64,000 bases of DNA. It comes from Candidatus Cloacimonadales bacterium (GTDB taxonomy: Bacteria > Cloacimonadota > Cloacimonadia > Cloacimonadales > JAIOQZ01). The notes beneath the pieces were generated by a model. It had not been told where the DNA came from. It made no database searches and saw nothing but the letters and a program-made list of their open reading frames with translations. Position numbers and translations under genes: made by a program. The stretch covers positions 64,001-128,000 of the forward strand of contig OY771587.1 in the NCBI GenBank assembly GCA_963674825.1, given 5' to 3'. Below, piece after piece: positions 39,917 to 49,154 of this stretch; positions within the stretch are counted from its first letter, which is position 1; each line of letters opens with the position of its first letter.

Positions 39917-40540
39917 ATGAATGATATGAACATGATCGAACAAACCCCGGAAGAAAAGCTCGCTGCCGTGGGCAGACTCAAGAAAAACCTCGAAGACAGC
40001 TTCGTGAGCCTCGGCACTTTGCTCTCCGAAATCAAACGCAGTAAAATTTTCAAGCTTCGGGGATACAAGACGTTCAAGGACTTCATCGAGACCGAATACG
40101 CCATGGCGGGAAGTTTCGCAACCAAGCTGATCAACGTTCACGAGCTATTCATCCAGGAACTGGACATCAACGAAGGTTCTCTGAAAGAAATCGGATTCGA
40201 CAAGCTCAACATGATCAAACCGCTGATGAAAGACTGCGCCTACGAGGAGACCGAGCATTGGCTCACCAAGGCTCAAGAACTTCCCACACCGGAACTCCGC
40301 GAAGAAGTCAAGACCGAAAAAGAGCGCCGCAACCGTAAAGACAAGACGCTCAAAGAAGTCTTTATCGACCAGTTCTTCGAAATGATGATAACCAGCTTCA
40401 ACTGCAGCCGTAAGGACCTCAACTACAAGCTCGCAATATACTTCCAGGACATGGATCTCACGCAGGTGAAAGATTCGATCCGGCTCAAACAGCGGAAACT
40501 CGAAGAAGCACAGCAGATGGAGGGAATGCCGCAGGGTTGA
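39917..40540 (+). CDS. Hypothetical alpha-helical protein (DUF3102-like pattern)
   Basis: SD AAGGAG; SFVSLGTLLSEIK...GYKTFKDFIE...ATKLI. Confidence 0.75.
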   Translation: MNDMNMIEQTPEEKLAAVGRLKKNLEDSFVSLGTLLSEIKRSKIFKLRGYKTFKDFIETEYAMAGSFATKLINVHELFIQELDINEGSLKEIGFDKLNMIKPLMKDCAYEETEHWLTKAQELPTPELREEVKTEKERRNRKDKTLKEVFIDQFFEMMITSFNCSRKDLNYKLAIYFQDMDLTQVKDSIRLKQRKLEEAQQMEGMPQG

Positions 40541-40611
40541 TAATAGAATCGTGTCTCAAAACAGTGTGTCACACAAACTTTGAAAAACAATGACATTATA
40601 AAGAGGTTCTT

Positions 40612-42168
40612 ATGAGACAACTAAAGATACTTTGGGTTGACGATGAAGTCGAACTCCTCAAACCGTTCGTGATCTTCCTCGAAGATAAGGGATATCATGT
40701 AACCACAGCCACCAACGGCACAGACGCCATCGCATGGGTTGTCAAAGAGAAATTCGATCTCGTTCTCCTGGACGAGATGATGCCCGGTCTGGATGGACTC
40801 ACCACCTTGCTCGAAATCCGTAAAATCAACGCCTCTCTCCCCATCGTGATGGTCACCAAGAGTGAAGAGGAAGGCCTGATGGATAGGGCGATCGCAAGGC
40901 AGATCACAGATTACCTTATCAAACCCATCAACCCGAACCAAATTATCATGGCCGTGAAGAAGATCTTCCAGGCGGACGAGATTCGCCAGAACCAGATCGG
41001 CGAAGAATATTCACGCTTTTCCGCACAACTCAATCAGCGGCTCTTCGCAGCGCCAGACTGGGATGAATGGAAGAGCATCTACCACGATATTTGCCAATGG
41101 GATATCCTGATCGACGAGATCAACGATCCCAGCCTCGCACACATGCATTTCCTCGAGAAGCGCAACAGTAACACCGAGTTCTGCAACTACATCGAAGAAA
41201 ACTACGCCAACTGGCTCAAGAGCGATGAACGTCCGACCTTCTCGTTTGACGTGATCTCGGAATATATCTCACCAGTCTTCGAGGAACAGAAACCGGTTTA
41301 TTTCATTATCCTCGACTGTATGCGCCTGGATCAATACTTCGCGCTGGAGCCGTTCATCCGTGAGCTCTTCAACGTCGATCTTCAGCTTTATTACTCGATC
41401 CTTCCCACGGCAACACCCTATTCGCGCAATGCGCTCTTTAGTGGCCTGCTGCCGTCCGATATAGCCAAAAACTTCCCAGAATACTGGACCGATACGCATG
41501 ATCAGGACAACAGCCGCAACCGCAACGAGCATCAGCTTCTCGACGCGCACCTGAACGACCTCGGCCACAACCTCGAACCGAGCTCCAAGTACGTAAAGAT
41601 CTTCAATATCGAAGAGGGCAACTTCGTAATCCGCAAGCTCGAATCTTGGTCCAAAGAAAAGCTGGTCGTGCTGGTATATAATTTCCTCGACCTGCTGGCG
41701 CACCACCGCTCCAAAGATCAGATCCTCCAGGAGACGATCCCGGATGAAGAAGCGCTGCGTGCATTTACCAAGCACTGGTTTATGCATTCGTCTCTCTACG
41801 AGGCACTCAAGCAAATTGCCAAGCAGGACGCGACGGTCATTATTACTACCGACCACGGTTCGATCCGCGTAAACCGCGCTACGCAGGCAATTGGTGATCG
41901 AGATACAACTATCACTGTTCGCTACAAGGAAGGCAAAAACCTAACCTGCAACGAACGCCACGCGGTTTACGTCAAAAAGCCGTCATCCTATGGCCTGCCT
42001 ACCCGCAACATCATCGATAACTTTATCTTCGCGAAAGACGATTATTATTTCGTCTATCCGAATTCCTATCATCAATACCAGAAGCAATACAACGGTACTT
42101 TCCAGCATGGTGGAATATCCATGCAGGAGATGATCCTGCCGCTGGCCGTGTGCAGAAGTAAGCATTAG
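40612..42168 (+). CDS. porX: Response regulator with PglZ/alkaline-phosphatase-like domain (PorX-like)
   Basis: REC ILWVDDE...LDEMMP...TKSEEE...KP; PglZ DCMRLDQ, ILPTATPYSRN, TTDHG, RYKEGKNL, YPN, TFQHGGISMQEM. Confidence 0.88.
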   Translation: MRQLKILWVDDEVELLKPFVIFLEDKGYHVTTATNGTDAIAWVVKEKFDLVLLDEMMPGLDGLTTLLEIRKINASLPIVMVTKSEEEGLMDRAIARQITDYLIKPINPNQIIMAVKKIFQADEIRQNQIGEEYSRFSAQLNQRLFAAPDWDEWKSIYHDICQWDILIDEINDPSLAHMHFLEKRNSNTEFCNYIEENYANWLKSDERPTFSFDVISEYISPVFEEQKPVYFIILDCMRLDQYFALEPFIRELFNVDLQLYYSILPTATPYSRNALFSGLLPSDIAKNFPEYWTDTHDQDNSRNRNEHQLLDAHLNDLGHNLEPSSKYVKIFNIEEGNFVIRKLESWSKEKLVVLVYNFLDLLAHHRSKDQILQETIPDEEALRAFTKHWFMHSSLYEALKQIAKQDATVIITTDHGSIRVNRATQAIGDRDTTITVRYKEGKNLTCNERHAVYVKKPSSYGLPTRNIIDNFIFAKDDYYFVYPNSYHQYQKQYNGTFQHGGISMQEMILPLAVCRSKH

Positions 42169-42218
42169 AATATCTTCGCGCTGTCTCCCACAAGTGACGG
42201 TGTGAATATAGATTAACA

Positions 42219-42248
42219 GCAGGGGCAGGTTTATCAGCCTGCCCCTGC
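42219..42248. terminator. Perfect 11-bp hairpin after porX (terminator or REP-like)
   Basis: GCAGGGGCAGG-tttatcag-CCTGCCCCTGC; no clear T-tract on the plus strand. Confidence 0.5.
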
Positions 42249-42272
42249 ATCATACAACGGAATCGGAGCCGA

Positions 42273-43127
42273 ATGCCAGACATCATCAATCTCATCTCGC
42301 AATACGATTTCATGCGCAACGCGGTGATCGCGGCGATCTTCGCCAGCATCCTCTGTGGCATGACTGGAACCCTCGTGGTTATCAAGCGGATCGCGCTCAT
42401 CAGCGGTGGAATTGCGCATACGGTGTTGGGGGGGGTTGGGCTTTTCTATTATCTCGGATGGAATCCGTATCTGGGAGCGTTTATCACTTCAATCGTCGCG
42501 GCCATCATCATCGGCCTTGTGAAGCTCCACGCCGGTGAGCATGAAGATACGCTAATCAGCGCCATGTGGGCCATCGGAATGGCGTCCGGCATCCTTTTCA
42601 TGCAGCTAAAGCCAGGCTACAACCGCAACTTGATGTCTTATTTGTTTGGGAATATCCTGCTGGTGGACAGCTTTGACCTTATCGTACTTGGCTCCATGAC
42701 ACTGGTGGTCATGGTCGTTATCATACTGCTCTACCGGCAATTTCTCGCCATCTCGTTCGACCAGGAATTTGCGGGACTGCGTGGACTGCACGCTGAGTTC
42801 CTCTACATCCTGATCCTATGCATGATTGCTCTGACCATCGTCGTTCTCACCACTATTGTGGGCCTTATCCTTGCTATCGCGCTACTTACATTGCCGGCGG
42901 CCATCGCGGCCCTCTTCACTAAAACTCCCGGCGCGATGATGCTAACGGCAATGGTTTTCAGCCTGCTATTTTCACTGGGTGGACTTTTCATTTCGTACGA
43001 ACCCGGGCTTGCTCCTGGCTCCACGATCATCATTATCAGTGGAATTGCGTATTTTTTTGCTATAATCGCAAAAAAAGTGGTCAAACGGTTCGCGCAACAG
43101 CGTAATATCAACCGGAAAGCAATCTAA
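42273..43127 (+). CDS. Mn/Zn ABC transporter permease (ZnuB/MntB family)
   Basis: FMRNA, GIAH, SYLFGNIL, SFDQEFA, VGLIL, LPAA. Confidence 0.93.
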   Translation: MPDIINLISQYDFMRNAVIAAIFASILCGMTGTLVVIKRIALISGGIAHTVLGGVGLFYYLGWNPYLGAFITSIVAAIIIGLVKLHAGEHEDTLISAMWAIGMASGILFMQLKPGYNRNLMSYLFGNILLVDSFDLIVLGSMTLVVMVVIILLYRQFLAISFDQEFAGLRGLHAEFLYILILCMIALTIVVLTTIVGLILAIALLTLPAAIAALFTKTPGAMMLTAMVFSLLFSLGGLFISYEPGLAPGSTIIIISGIAYFFAIIAKKVVKRFAQQRNINRKAI

Positions 43128-43365
43128 TCCATTGTATCACCTATCGATAGAAAACAGCAGACAATCCTTTTATCCAGCCTATTCCTGAATCCAATTTGGT
43201 ATAGTTCGCGTTTCAAAGATGCCTTGGGCTTAGAAAAAAGGAAAAACCGATAAAAAACGCTTTACAATATATCTCATATAATGGAATATTTCGAATGGAA
43301 TAAAATGAGCTAAATAGTGTCAGTAATACTGGGGAAAATTTCGAGGCTAATATCGAGGTAATACG

Positions 43366-44442
43366 ATGACTCAGGAAGATTTCTTTGATCGGCTCAAACT
43401 GAACCGTCTATTTTCGGATGTTGACAAATCACTTCTTTGCGAAGTATCGAAAGAATGCTTTGTGGAACGCTCTTTTTACAAGGGCGAAACGATTATTAAA
43501 CAGGACGAAGTCTCAGCGGATCTCTTTCTGATCCTGATGGGAAGAGTCCAGATCAGCAAGATATTGCCTGACGGCGAGCGCGTTGAACTAATCCAGAAAG
43601 GTCCGAACGAATTCATTGGCGAGATTGGGCTGCTTCTCACATCGAGCCGCTCAGCCACGGTCACTTGCCTTACAGACGTGAAAATCGTGCAGATCACACC
43701 TGAAGCATTTTCGCATATTCTCAAGAAAATTCCCACGATCCGCAAAAATGTATTAAAGAATATTATCGAAATCGTGTTTGATGATGACCAGCGCGTTGTG
43801 AATGAAATCATTAAGGGCAACCTCCTGGCCGAGATGTTCAACGCTATCAGCGACCAGACCAAACGACTGGAGTCGCTCAACCGGCAGCTCAAGGACGTCA
43901 ACACCGAGCTCGAAAAGAAAAACAAAAAGCTTTATGAACTTGCAACCTACGATTACCTCACCAAGCTTTACAATCGCGCGTTCGTCATGGATATGTTTTC
44001 CAAAGAATTCAGCAAGTCCAAGCGCCACAACCATGAACTTTCCTGCCTGCTGCTTGATATCGACAACTTTAAGAAGATCAACGACACCTACGGGCATCTC
44101 ACAGGTGACGTCGTTTTGCGACAGATCGGTCTTCGCCTGAAAGAAGGCATTCGCGAACAGGATATCGTGGGACGCTATGGTGGTGAAGAATTTCTCATCG
44201 TGCTTCCGGATACCAGTCTTGAACAGGCAAATATCGTCGCGGAAAAGGTACGGAAGCGAATCGAAGCGCTCGAGGTGCGATCCAACGAGACGATGCTCAA
44301 GGTAACGATCAGTATCGGCGTCTCGGACATCAACGTCAACCAACCGAATAAGGTTGACGAACTGCTTTACCAGGCCGACACAGCGCTATATCGTGCCAAA
44401 AGGGACGGAAAGAACCGCACGGTACTCTTTTCAGCCAAATGA
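43366..44442 (+). CDS. Diguanylate cyclase with N-terminal cyclic-nucleotide-binding domain
   Basis: cNMP cassette FIGEIGLL...RSATV; DYLTKLYNR, DIDNFKKINDTYGH, RxxD (REQD), RYGGEEF. Confidence 0.93.
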   Translation: MTQEDFFDRLKLNRLFSDVDKSLLCEVSKECFVERSFYKGETIIKQDEVSADLFLILMGRVQISKILPDGERVELIQKGPNEFIGEIGLLLTSSRSATVTCLTDVKIVQITPEAFSHILKKIPTIRKNVLKNIIEIVFDDDQRVVNEIIKGNLLAEMFNAISDQTKRLESLNRQLKDVNTELEKKNKKLYELATYDYLTKLYNRAFVMDMFSKEFSKSKRHNHELSCLLLDIDNFKKINDTYGHLTGDVVLRQIGLRLKEGIREQDIVGRYGGEEFLIVLPDTSLEQANIVAEKVRKRIEALEVRSNETMLKVTISIGVSDINVNQPNKVDELLYQADTALYRAKRDGKNRTVLFSAK

Positions 44443-44448
44443 GCTATT

Positions 44449-45702
44449 ATGCTTAACGAACAACAGAAACTGGACGCACTGATACGGTTGGGTACGGAGC
44501 TCAACCAGGTAAATGATCTCGATCTCCTTCTTGAACACCTTTTGACCGTTGCCCGGAAATTCGTGAATGCAGACGCGGGAACTGTCTATGTACGCCGCGG
44601 CGAGGATTTCTATTTCTTTCTTTTACAAAATGACACGCAAGAGGGCAAGGGCGACGACGCCAAGATCCAGCTACCTGGTGCAATCTTCCGCAAACCTGTG
44701 CGACCGGACAGCATCGCCGGGTACGTTGCGAGGACCGGAGAATTTCTCAACATTCCAGACGCTCATCACATACCAACAGATGCTCCATACAGCTTCAATG
44801 TACAATACGATAACGAATCCGGTTACCGTACCGGCTCGATGCTAACCATCCCGCTAAACAACAAACGTGGCCTTCCGCTTGGAATCCTCCAAATTATCAA
44901 TGCTCATGATGCAGATGGTAACATTGTCAGTTTTTCCGAGGCGGATGAACGAATCATGTTCCATTTTGCCACCATCGCGGCAATCGCTCTCGAACGAGCT
45001 CAGATGACACGTGCATTGCTGCTACGGATGATCCGCATGGCAGAGCTACGCGATCCCAAGGAAACCGGCGCACACGTTAACCGTGTGGGAAGCTTCTCGG
45101 TAGCGCTTTATCAGGAATGGGCAAAGCGGCACAATATCCCGGAGGACGAGGTTGTCCGCTGGCGGGATATCCTGCGCATGGCTGCAATGCTGCACGACGC
45201 AGGGAAAGTTGGCATTTCCGATTCTATCTTGAAGAAACCGGGGCGCCTCACTGATGAAGAACGCAAGATCATGAACCAGCACAGCTTGTTCGGGGCGCAG
45301 CTCTTCAGTGACATCCAGTCCGATTTTGATGAAATCGCATCGAAAGTAGCGCTCAATCATCACGAAAACTGGGATGGGACAGGATATCCAGGGCATATCG
45401 ACAGCGTGACCGGCAAACCGCTCCAAGGATATGAGAATCCAGATGGTACCGCGCGCGGCAAGATCGGAGATGAAACACCACTTTTCGGCAGAATCGTCAA
45501 ACTCGCGGATGTATATGACGCACTTTCCAGCCAGCGCTGCTACAAGCCTGCCTGGGATGAGGAACGAGTGCTTCAGGTGATTCTGGAAGAATCGGGGACA
45601 TCCTTTGATCCGGAGTTGGTGGAAATCTTTATGGAAAACCTTGATACAATGCGCACCATCCAACAACGATATGCCGAAGACCAGGCGGATAATCATGCGT
45701 AA
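44449..45702 (+). CDS. GAF + HD-GYP phosphodiesterase
   Basis: GAF SIAGYVA...NIPDA...SMLTIP; RDPKETGAHV, LHDAGK, HHENWDGTGYP, ADVYDAL. Confidence 0.92.
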   Translation: MLNEQQKLDALIRLGTELNQVNDLDLLLEHLLTVARKFVNADAGTVYVRRGEDFYFFLLQNDTQEGKGDDAKIQLPGAIFRKPVRPDSIAGYVARTGEFLNIPDAHHIPTDAPYSFNVQYDNESGYRTGSMLTIPLNNKRGLPLGILQIINAHDADGNIVSFSEADERIMFHFATIAAIALERAQMTRALLLRMIRMAELRDPKETGAHVNRVGSFSVALYQEWAKRHNIPEDEVVRWRDILRMAAMLHDAGKVGISDSILKKPGRLTDEERKIMNQHSLFGAQLFSDIQSDFDEIASKVALNHHENWDGTGYPGHIDSVTGKPLQGYENPDGTARGKIGDETPLFGRIVKLADVYDALSSQRCYKPAWDEERVLQVILEESGTSFDPELVEIFMENLDTMRTIQQRYAEDQADNHA

Positions 45703-46108
45703 GCAAATATTCATCATATTCGTCTTGACGCTTTGCGGCATTCTTCTTGCCTCGGTTGAGGATAAGCTTCGAGAAGGTCGGATTCTATTTGCCAAGGGGA
45801 ACTACCGTCAAGCGCTGGAGATTGCGAACGAGATCATCGAGACCGATCCCCACAACGCGCCTGCCTTTCATCTTAAGGGTGACTGCTGGTTTAAAATCGG
45901 CAAGAAGAAACCCGCGCTGGAAGCTTTCCTGAACGCTGTAAAATACGACGCTAAAGATGCGGAGGCGTATCTCAAGATTGGTGGGCTCTATTACCTGGAT
46001 CAGCAGGTTGATAAAGCGGTCGAGTACGTAAAAAAGGCTGCGGATCTCGGCGATAAGCGCGCGATCAATATTCTCAAGCGCTACGAAGAACATCAGTCAA
46101 CGAACTGA
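45695..46108 (+). CDS. Exported TPR-repeat protein
   Basis: Signal peptide from ATG 45695; TPR-like helices (DPHNAPAFHLKG, DAEAYLKIG). Confidence 0.85.
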   Translation: MRKQIFIIFVLTLCGILLASVEDKLREGRILFAKGNYRQALEIANEIIETDPHNAPAFHLKGDCWFKIGKKKPALEAFLNAVKYDAKDAEAYLKIGGLYYLDQQVDKAVEYVKKAADLGDKRAINILKRYEEHQSTN

Positions 46109-46162
46109 GCCGCATCCCGTTAGAGCATAGCATTTCCTGAATTCGAAGGAATCGCATAAAGC

Positions 46163-47329
46163 ATGAATATCACAGTCAAGAAATTCGGCGGTACCTCTGT
46201 CGGAACCATCGAACGAATCAAGCATGTAGCAAGATTGATCGCTGACGACCACGAAGTGAACCCGTTCATGGTCGTGGTGGTCTCGGCGATGGGGCATACG
46301 ACCGACGAGCTTGTGAAGCTGGCATACGAAGTTTCAGACAGACCATCGGAACGTGAGATGGACATGCTTCTCACCGCGGGTGAGCGTATCAGCATGTCGC
46401 TACTCTCCATTGCGCTGCACAAATACGGTATCGATTCGATTTCTTTCACCGGATCGCAAAGCGGTATCATTACAGATACACATCATGGCAACGCCAAGAT
46501 CCTCAATGTAAGCGCTTATCGCCTCTGGGAAGAGCTCGAGAAAGAGAAAGTCGTGATCGTTGCCGGATTCCAGGGTGTAAGTCAGCTAAAAGAGATCACA
46601 ACGCTTGGGCGTGGCGGATCAGACACAACCGCTGTAGCGCTCGCGTGCTATCTTGACGCTGTTTCCTGCGAAATCTATACAGATGTTCCAGGCATTTTCA
46701 CAGCTGACCCAAATCGGATCCCGCTGTCCCGTAAAATCGACGAAGTGGAATTCGAAACCGCGCTTGCACTTGCCTACAATGGTTGCTCGGTTATCCACCC
46801 CAGGGCAGTAGAGTATGCGATGAACTTTAATAAAACGATCGAGATTAAATCGTCGATGACAAACGAGCCGGGGACACTGATTAAAAAGGATTGTTTGATG
46901 GAAGAGAAAAAAGTAACGGCTATTACAACGCGCAATTCGCTATGTTCTATGCGTTTGGACATGGATTCCGCTTCCGGCTCCACTTTCCTCGAGGAGCTTT
47001 CCGACATAGGAATCGATATTTTTCACTATGCAATCGAGGATTCACACATTATACTATTATACGTCGAAAGTGGGAGTGTATCCCGAATTCGAATGAAGGC
47101 TGATCAGTCCGGCGTTGAGCCCGAAGTTCGGGATGAAATTTCCGCTATCACACTTGCAGGAAAACACATCTGGAACGATATGAAACTGGTCGCCGATATA
47201 ATGAATGAAATTGGTCGCGACAGTGCGTTCAGTATTGCGCATTCATATCGCAGCATTACGCTGTTCGTACCCGAAACGGAAGAAGAGAGAATCGCAGCTC
47301 GACTGCATAAAAAATTTCTTGAAGGATAA
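46163..47329 (+). CDS. lysC: Aspartate kinase
   Basis: KFGGTSV, VVSAMG, TAGERIS, VAGFQG, TLGRGGSDTTA, YTDV. Confidence 0.95.
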   Translation: MNITVKKFGGTSVGTIERIKHVARLIADDHEVNPFMVVVVSAMGHTTDELVKLAYEVSDRPSEREMDMLLTAGERISMSLLSIALHKYGIDSISFTGSQSGIITDTHHGNAKILNVSAYRLWEELEKEKVVIVAGFQGVSQLKEITTLGRGGSDTTAVALACYLDAVSCEIYTDVPGIFTADPNRIPLSRKIDEVEFETALALAYNGCSVIHPRAVEYAMNFNKTIEIKSSMTNEPGTLIKKDCLMEEKKVTAITTRNSLCSMRLDMDSASGSTFLEELSDIGIDIFHYAIEDSHIILLYVESGSVSRIRMKADQSGVEPEVRDEISAITLAGKHIWNDMKLVADIMNEIGRDSAFSIAHSYRSITLFVPETEEERIAARLHKKFLEG

Positions 47330-47334
47330 GATAG

Positions 47335-47709
47335 ATGAGTTTGAGCACGACAGTCCTGCTTGTCGAAGATGATGCAACACTTGCTGAGCTGGCAAGAGAA
47401 ATGCTGGCGATGTTTGGCATAGAAGTATTGGTTGCCGAATCAATGGAACTCGCAATAGAGAACTATCAACAGCGTGTCACTGATATCCGGCTGGTTATTT
47501 TCGATATGAATCTGGAAAAGGCTACCGGCATCGAAGTTTTCGAAGCGCTCAAAGAAATAGATGATGATTTCGTATCCATTCTCGCATCCGGCATGATTAC
47601 CGACATGGATATCAAGAAGTACAAGGACATGGGATTCAACGAGATCATCAAGAAGCCGTACAGCTTCAAGAATCTGAAAGAGATCATTACCGGTTATCTG
47701 GAAGGGTAA
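47335..47709 (+). CDS. Single-domain response regulator
   Basis: LLVEDD, IFDMNL, ASG, KPY. Confidence 0.9.
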   Translation: MSLSTTVLLVEDDATLAELAREMLAMFGIEVLVAESMELAIENYQQRVTDIRLVIFDMNLEKATGIEVFEALKEIDDDFVSILASGMITDMDIKKYKDMGFNEIIKKPYSFKNLKEIITGYLEG

Positions 47710-47825
47710 CGGGCGAGTTTTACCGATTCCATTCAAGCAGACAAGCGTCCGCCAATATAGCATATTCAGATAATTAAAATACCTATCCCACAATCATAAC
47801 TGGTGACTCGTAACTTGTTACTACC

Positions 47826-48539
47826 CTACTTCCTCAACGCTATCTTCAGATCCTCGATGGTGGGTGATTCCATCTCCAGAATTGTATAGCCTGAGCCGAT
47901 ATCCTTGAGGTAGTGTGCATCGGAGTTGCGAATCAGCGAATAGCTAGCGGCAGCAGGATAATCAGCGAGGAATTTCTCAACGTCACAATTGGCAGTGATA
48001 CCCAATGCAATAATCAGCGGATTAGCTGGAAAGAACCCAAGCTGGCTGATCAGACTGTAGGTAGCAGCATTCACGTGTGCCGGGAAGCCGAAGCCACCGT
48101 ATTGATTGATCATTTCGAGCGTGGTATCAAGATCCCACATCACTGAGTTCAGTAGCGCTTTCTCCTCGCAGCGAACGATGTTTTCATCATCATCTACCAC
48201 GACCTGGTCTCCAAAATACTCCGGATCGTTTGGGATCGGTGGGAGCGCTTCGTATAGCTCCCGGTCGAATTGCATGGCTTTCTCTTCATCGTCGAAAAGC
48301 CCCACAACATGGATTTCCTCCATAGTCTGGATTTCGACGCCGAAGAAGCAGGCGATTCCGGCGGCGCTAGCAGCGCGATGGAAGACCGCGCTGTTGGCCA
48401 GGGTATTGTGGTCCGTAATCGCGATGCAATCCAGCTTCTCTTCCAAGGCTCGACGGATAACGCTTGATGGCGACATTTCCAGCGAACCGCAAGGAGAAAG
48501 CACGGAATGGATGTGCAGATCACATTTCCAGGATTTCAA
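47826..48539 (-). CDS. PHP domain protein (hydrogenase regulatory operon type)
   Basis: DLHIHSVLSPC, ITDHN, GVEI..EEIH, PAH, NSDAH. Confidence 0.92.
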   Translation of the reverse strand: MKSWKCDLHIHSVLSPCGSLEMSPSSVIRRALEEKLDCIAITDHNTLANSAVFHRAASAAGIACFFGVEIQTMEEIHVVGLFDDEEKAMQFDRELYEALPPIPNDPEYFGDQVVVDDDENIVRCEEKALLNSVMWDLDTTLEMINQYGGFGFPAHVNAATYSLISQLGFFPANPLIIALGITANCDVEKFLADYPAAASYSLIRNSDAHYLKDIGSGYTILEMESPTIEDLKIALRK

Positions 48540-48542
48540 GCA

Positions 48543-48893
48543 TTACGCTCCGCTGTGCAGTTCTTGATAAAGAAGGCCAGCGATTTCAAAGGTAGTCAGC
48601 GGACTAACCACCAGCGCGATTTCTTCTTTCTCGGCGCGTTCGATGATCGTTGCTTCGGGCTTGAGATTACGAGCAAAAACCACTGCGGGAATTCCAGCCA
48701 GTGATGCCACGGCGATGACGTTCAGATGGCGCATGATGGTGATCCAAAGCTGCCCATCCTTCGCATTGCCCATAACGTCGCTAAGAAGATCGGAAACGTA
48801 GCCACCGGTGATAATTACCTCTTCGATACCATCTTTCTTTGTAATGATTTCTCCCTGGATGATTTCGGAGAATTTTTCGAGATCGATTTTCAT
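48543..48893 (-). CDS. DRTGG domain protein
   Basis: GGYVSDLLSDVMG, WITI..HLNVIAVA, TTFEIAG. Confidence 0.88.
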   Translation of the reverse strand: MKIDLEKFSEIIQGEIITKKDGIEEVIITGGYVSDLLSDVMGNAKDGQLWITIMRHLNVIAVASLAGIPAVVFARNLKPEATIIERAEKEEIALVVSPLTTFEIAGLLYQELHSGA

Positions 48894-49025
48894 AGCTGAT
48901 ACTCCAATACTGTGTATATTATTTCAAGGGATAATATTTCGACGCGTGAATCTCTGTAAACAAAAACCTTCAGGAAATGTGTTGATAATCGCTGTCTGTA
49001 TGAATCACTGCATAGAAATTATCCA

Positions 49026-49055
49026 TTGACAGGCTTTGAGAATTAATTATATCAT
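49026..49055 (+). promoter_or_regulatory. Putative sigma70-type promoter for the signalling block
   Basis: TTGACA (49026-49031), 18-nt spacer, TATCAT (49050-49055), about 100 nt upstream of ATG 49155. Confidence 0.5.
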
Positions 49056-49154
49056 ACCGTTCATGAGTAGGATTCGGAATCCGCTGCATTATCATGAGAT
49101 ACCGTAGCCTGAACGAATGATGTGGTGCAATGATTGACCTAATAATCTCAAGAT

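Noticed and set aside
40612..42168. BREX defence system suggested by the PglZ domain
   Set aside because: The domain is fused to a receiver domain (PorX architecture) and no brx/pgl genes are nearby.
47795..47822. Four degenerate heptamers (cataact ggtgact cgtaact tgttact)
   Set aside because: Too short and degenerate to separate from chance, with no associated gene.
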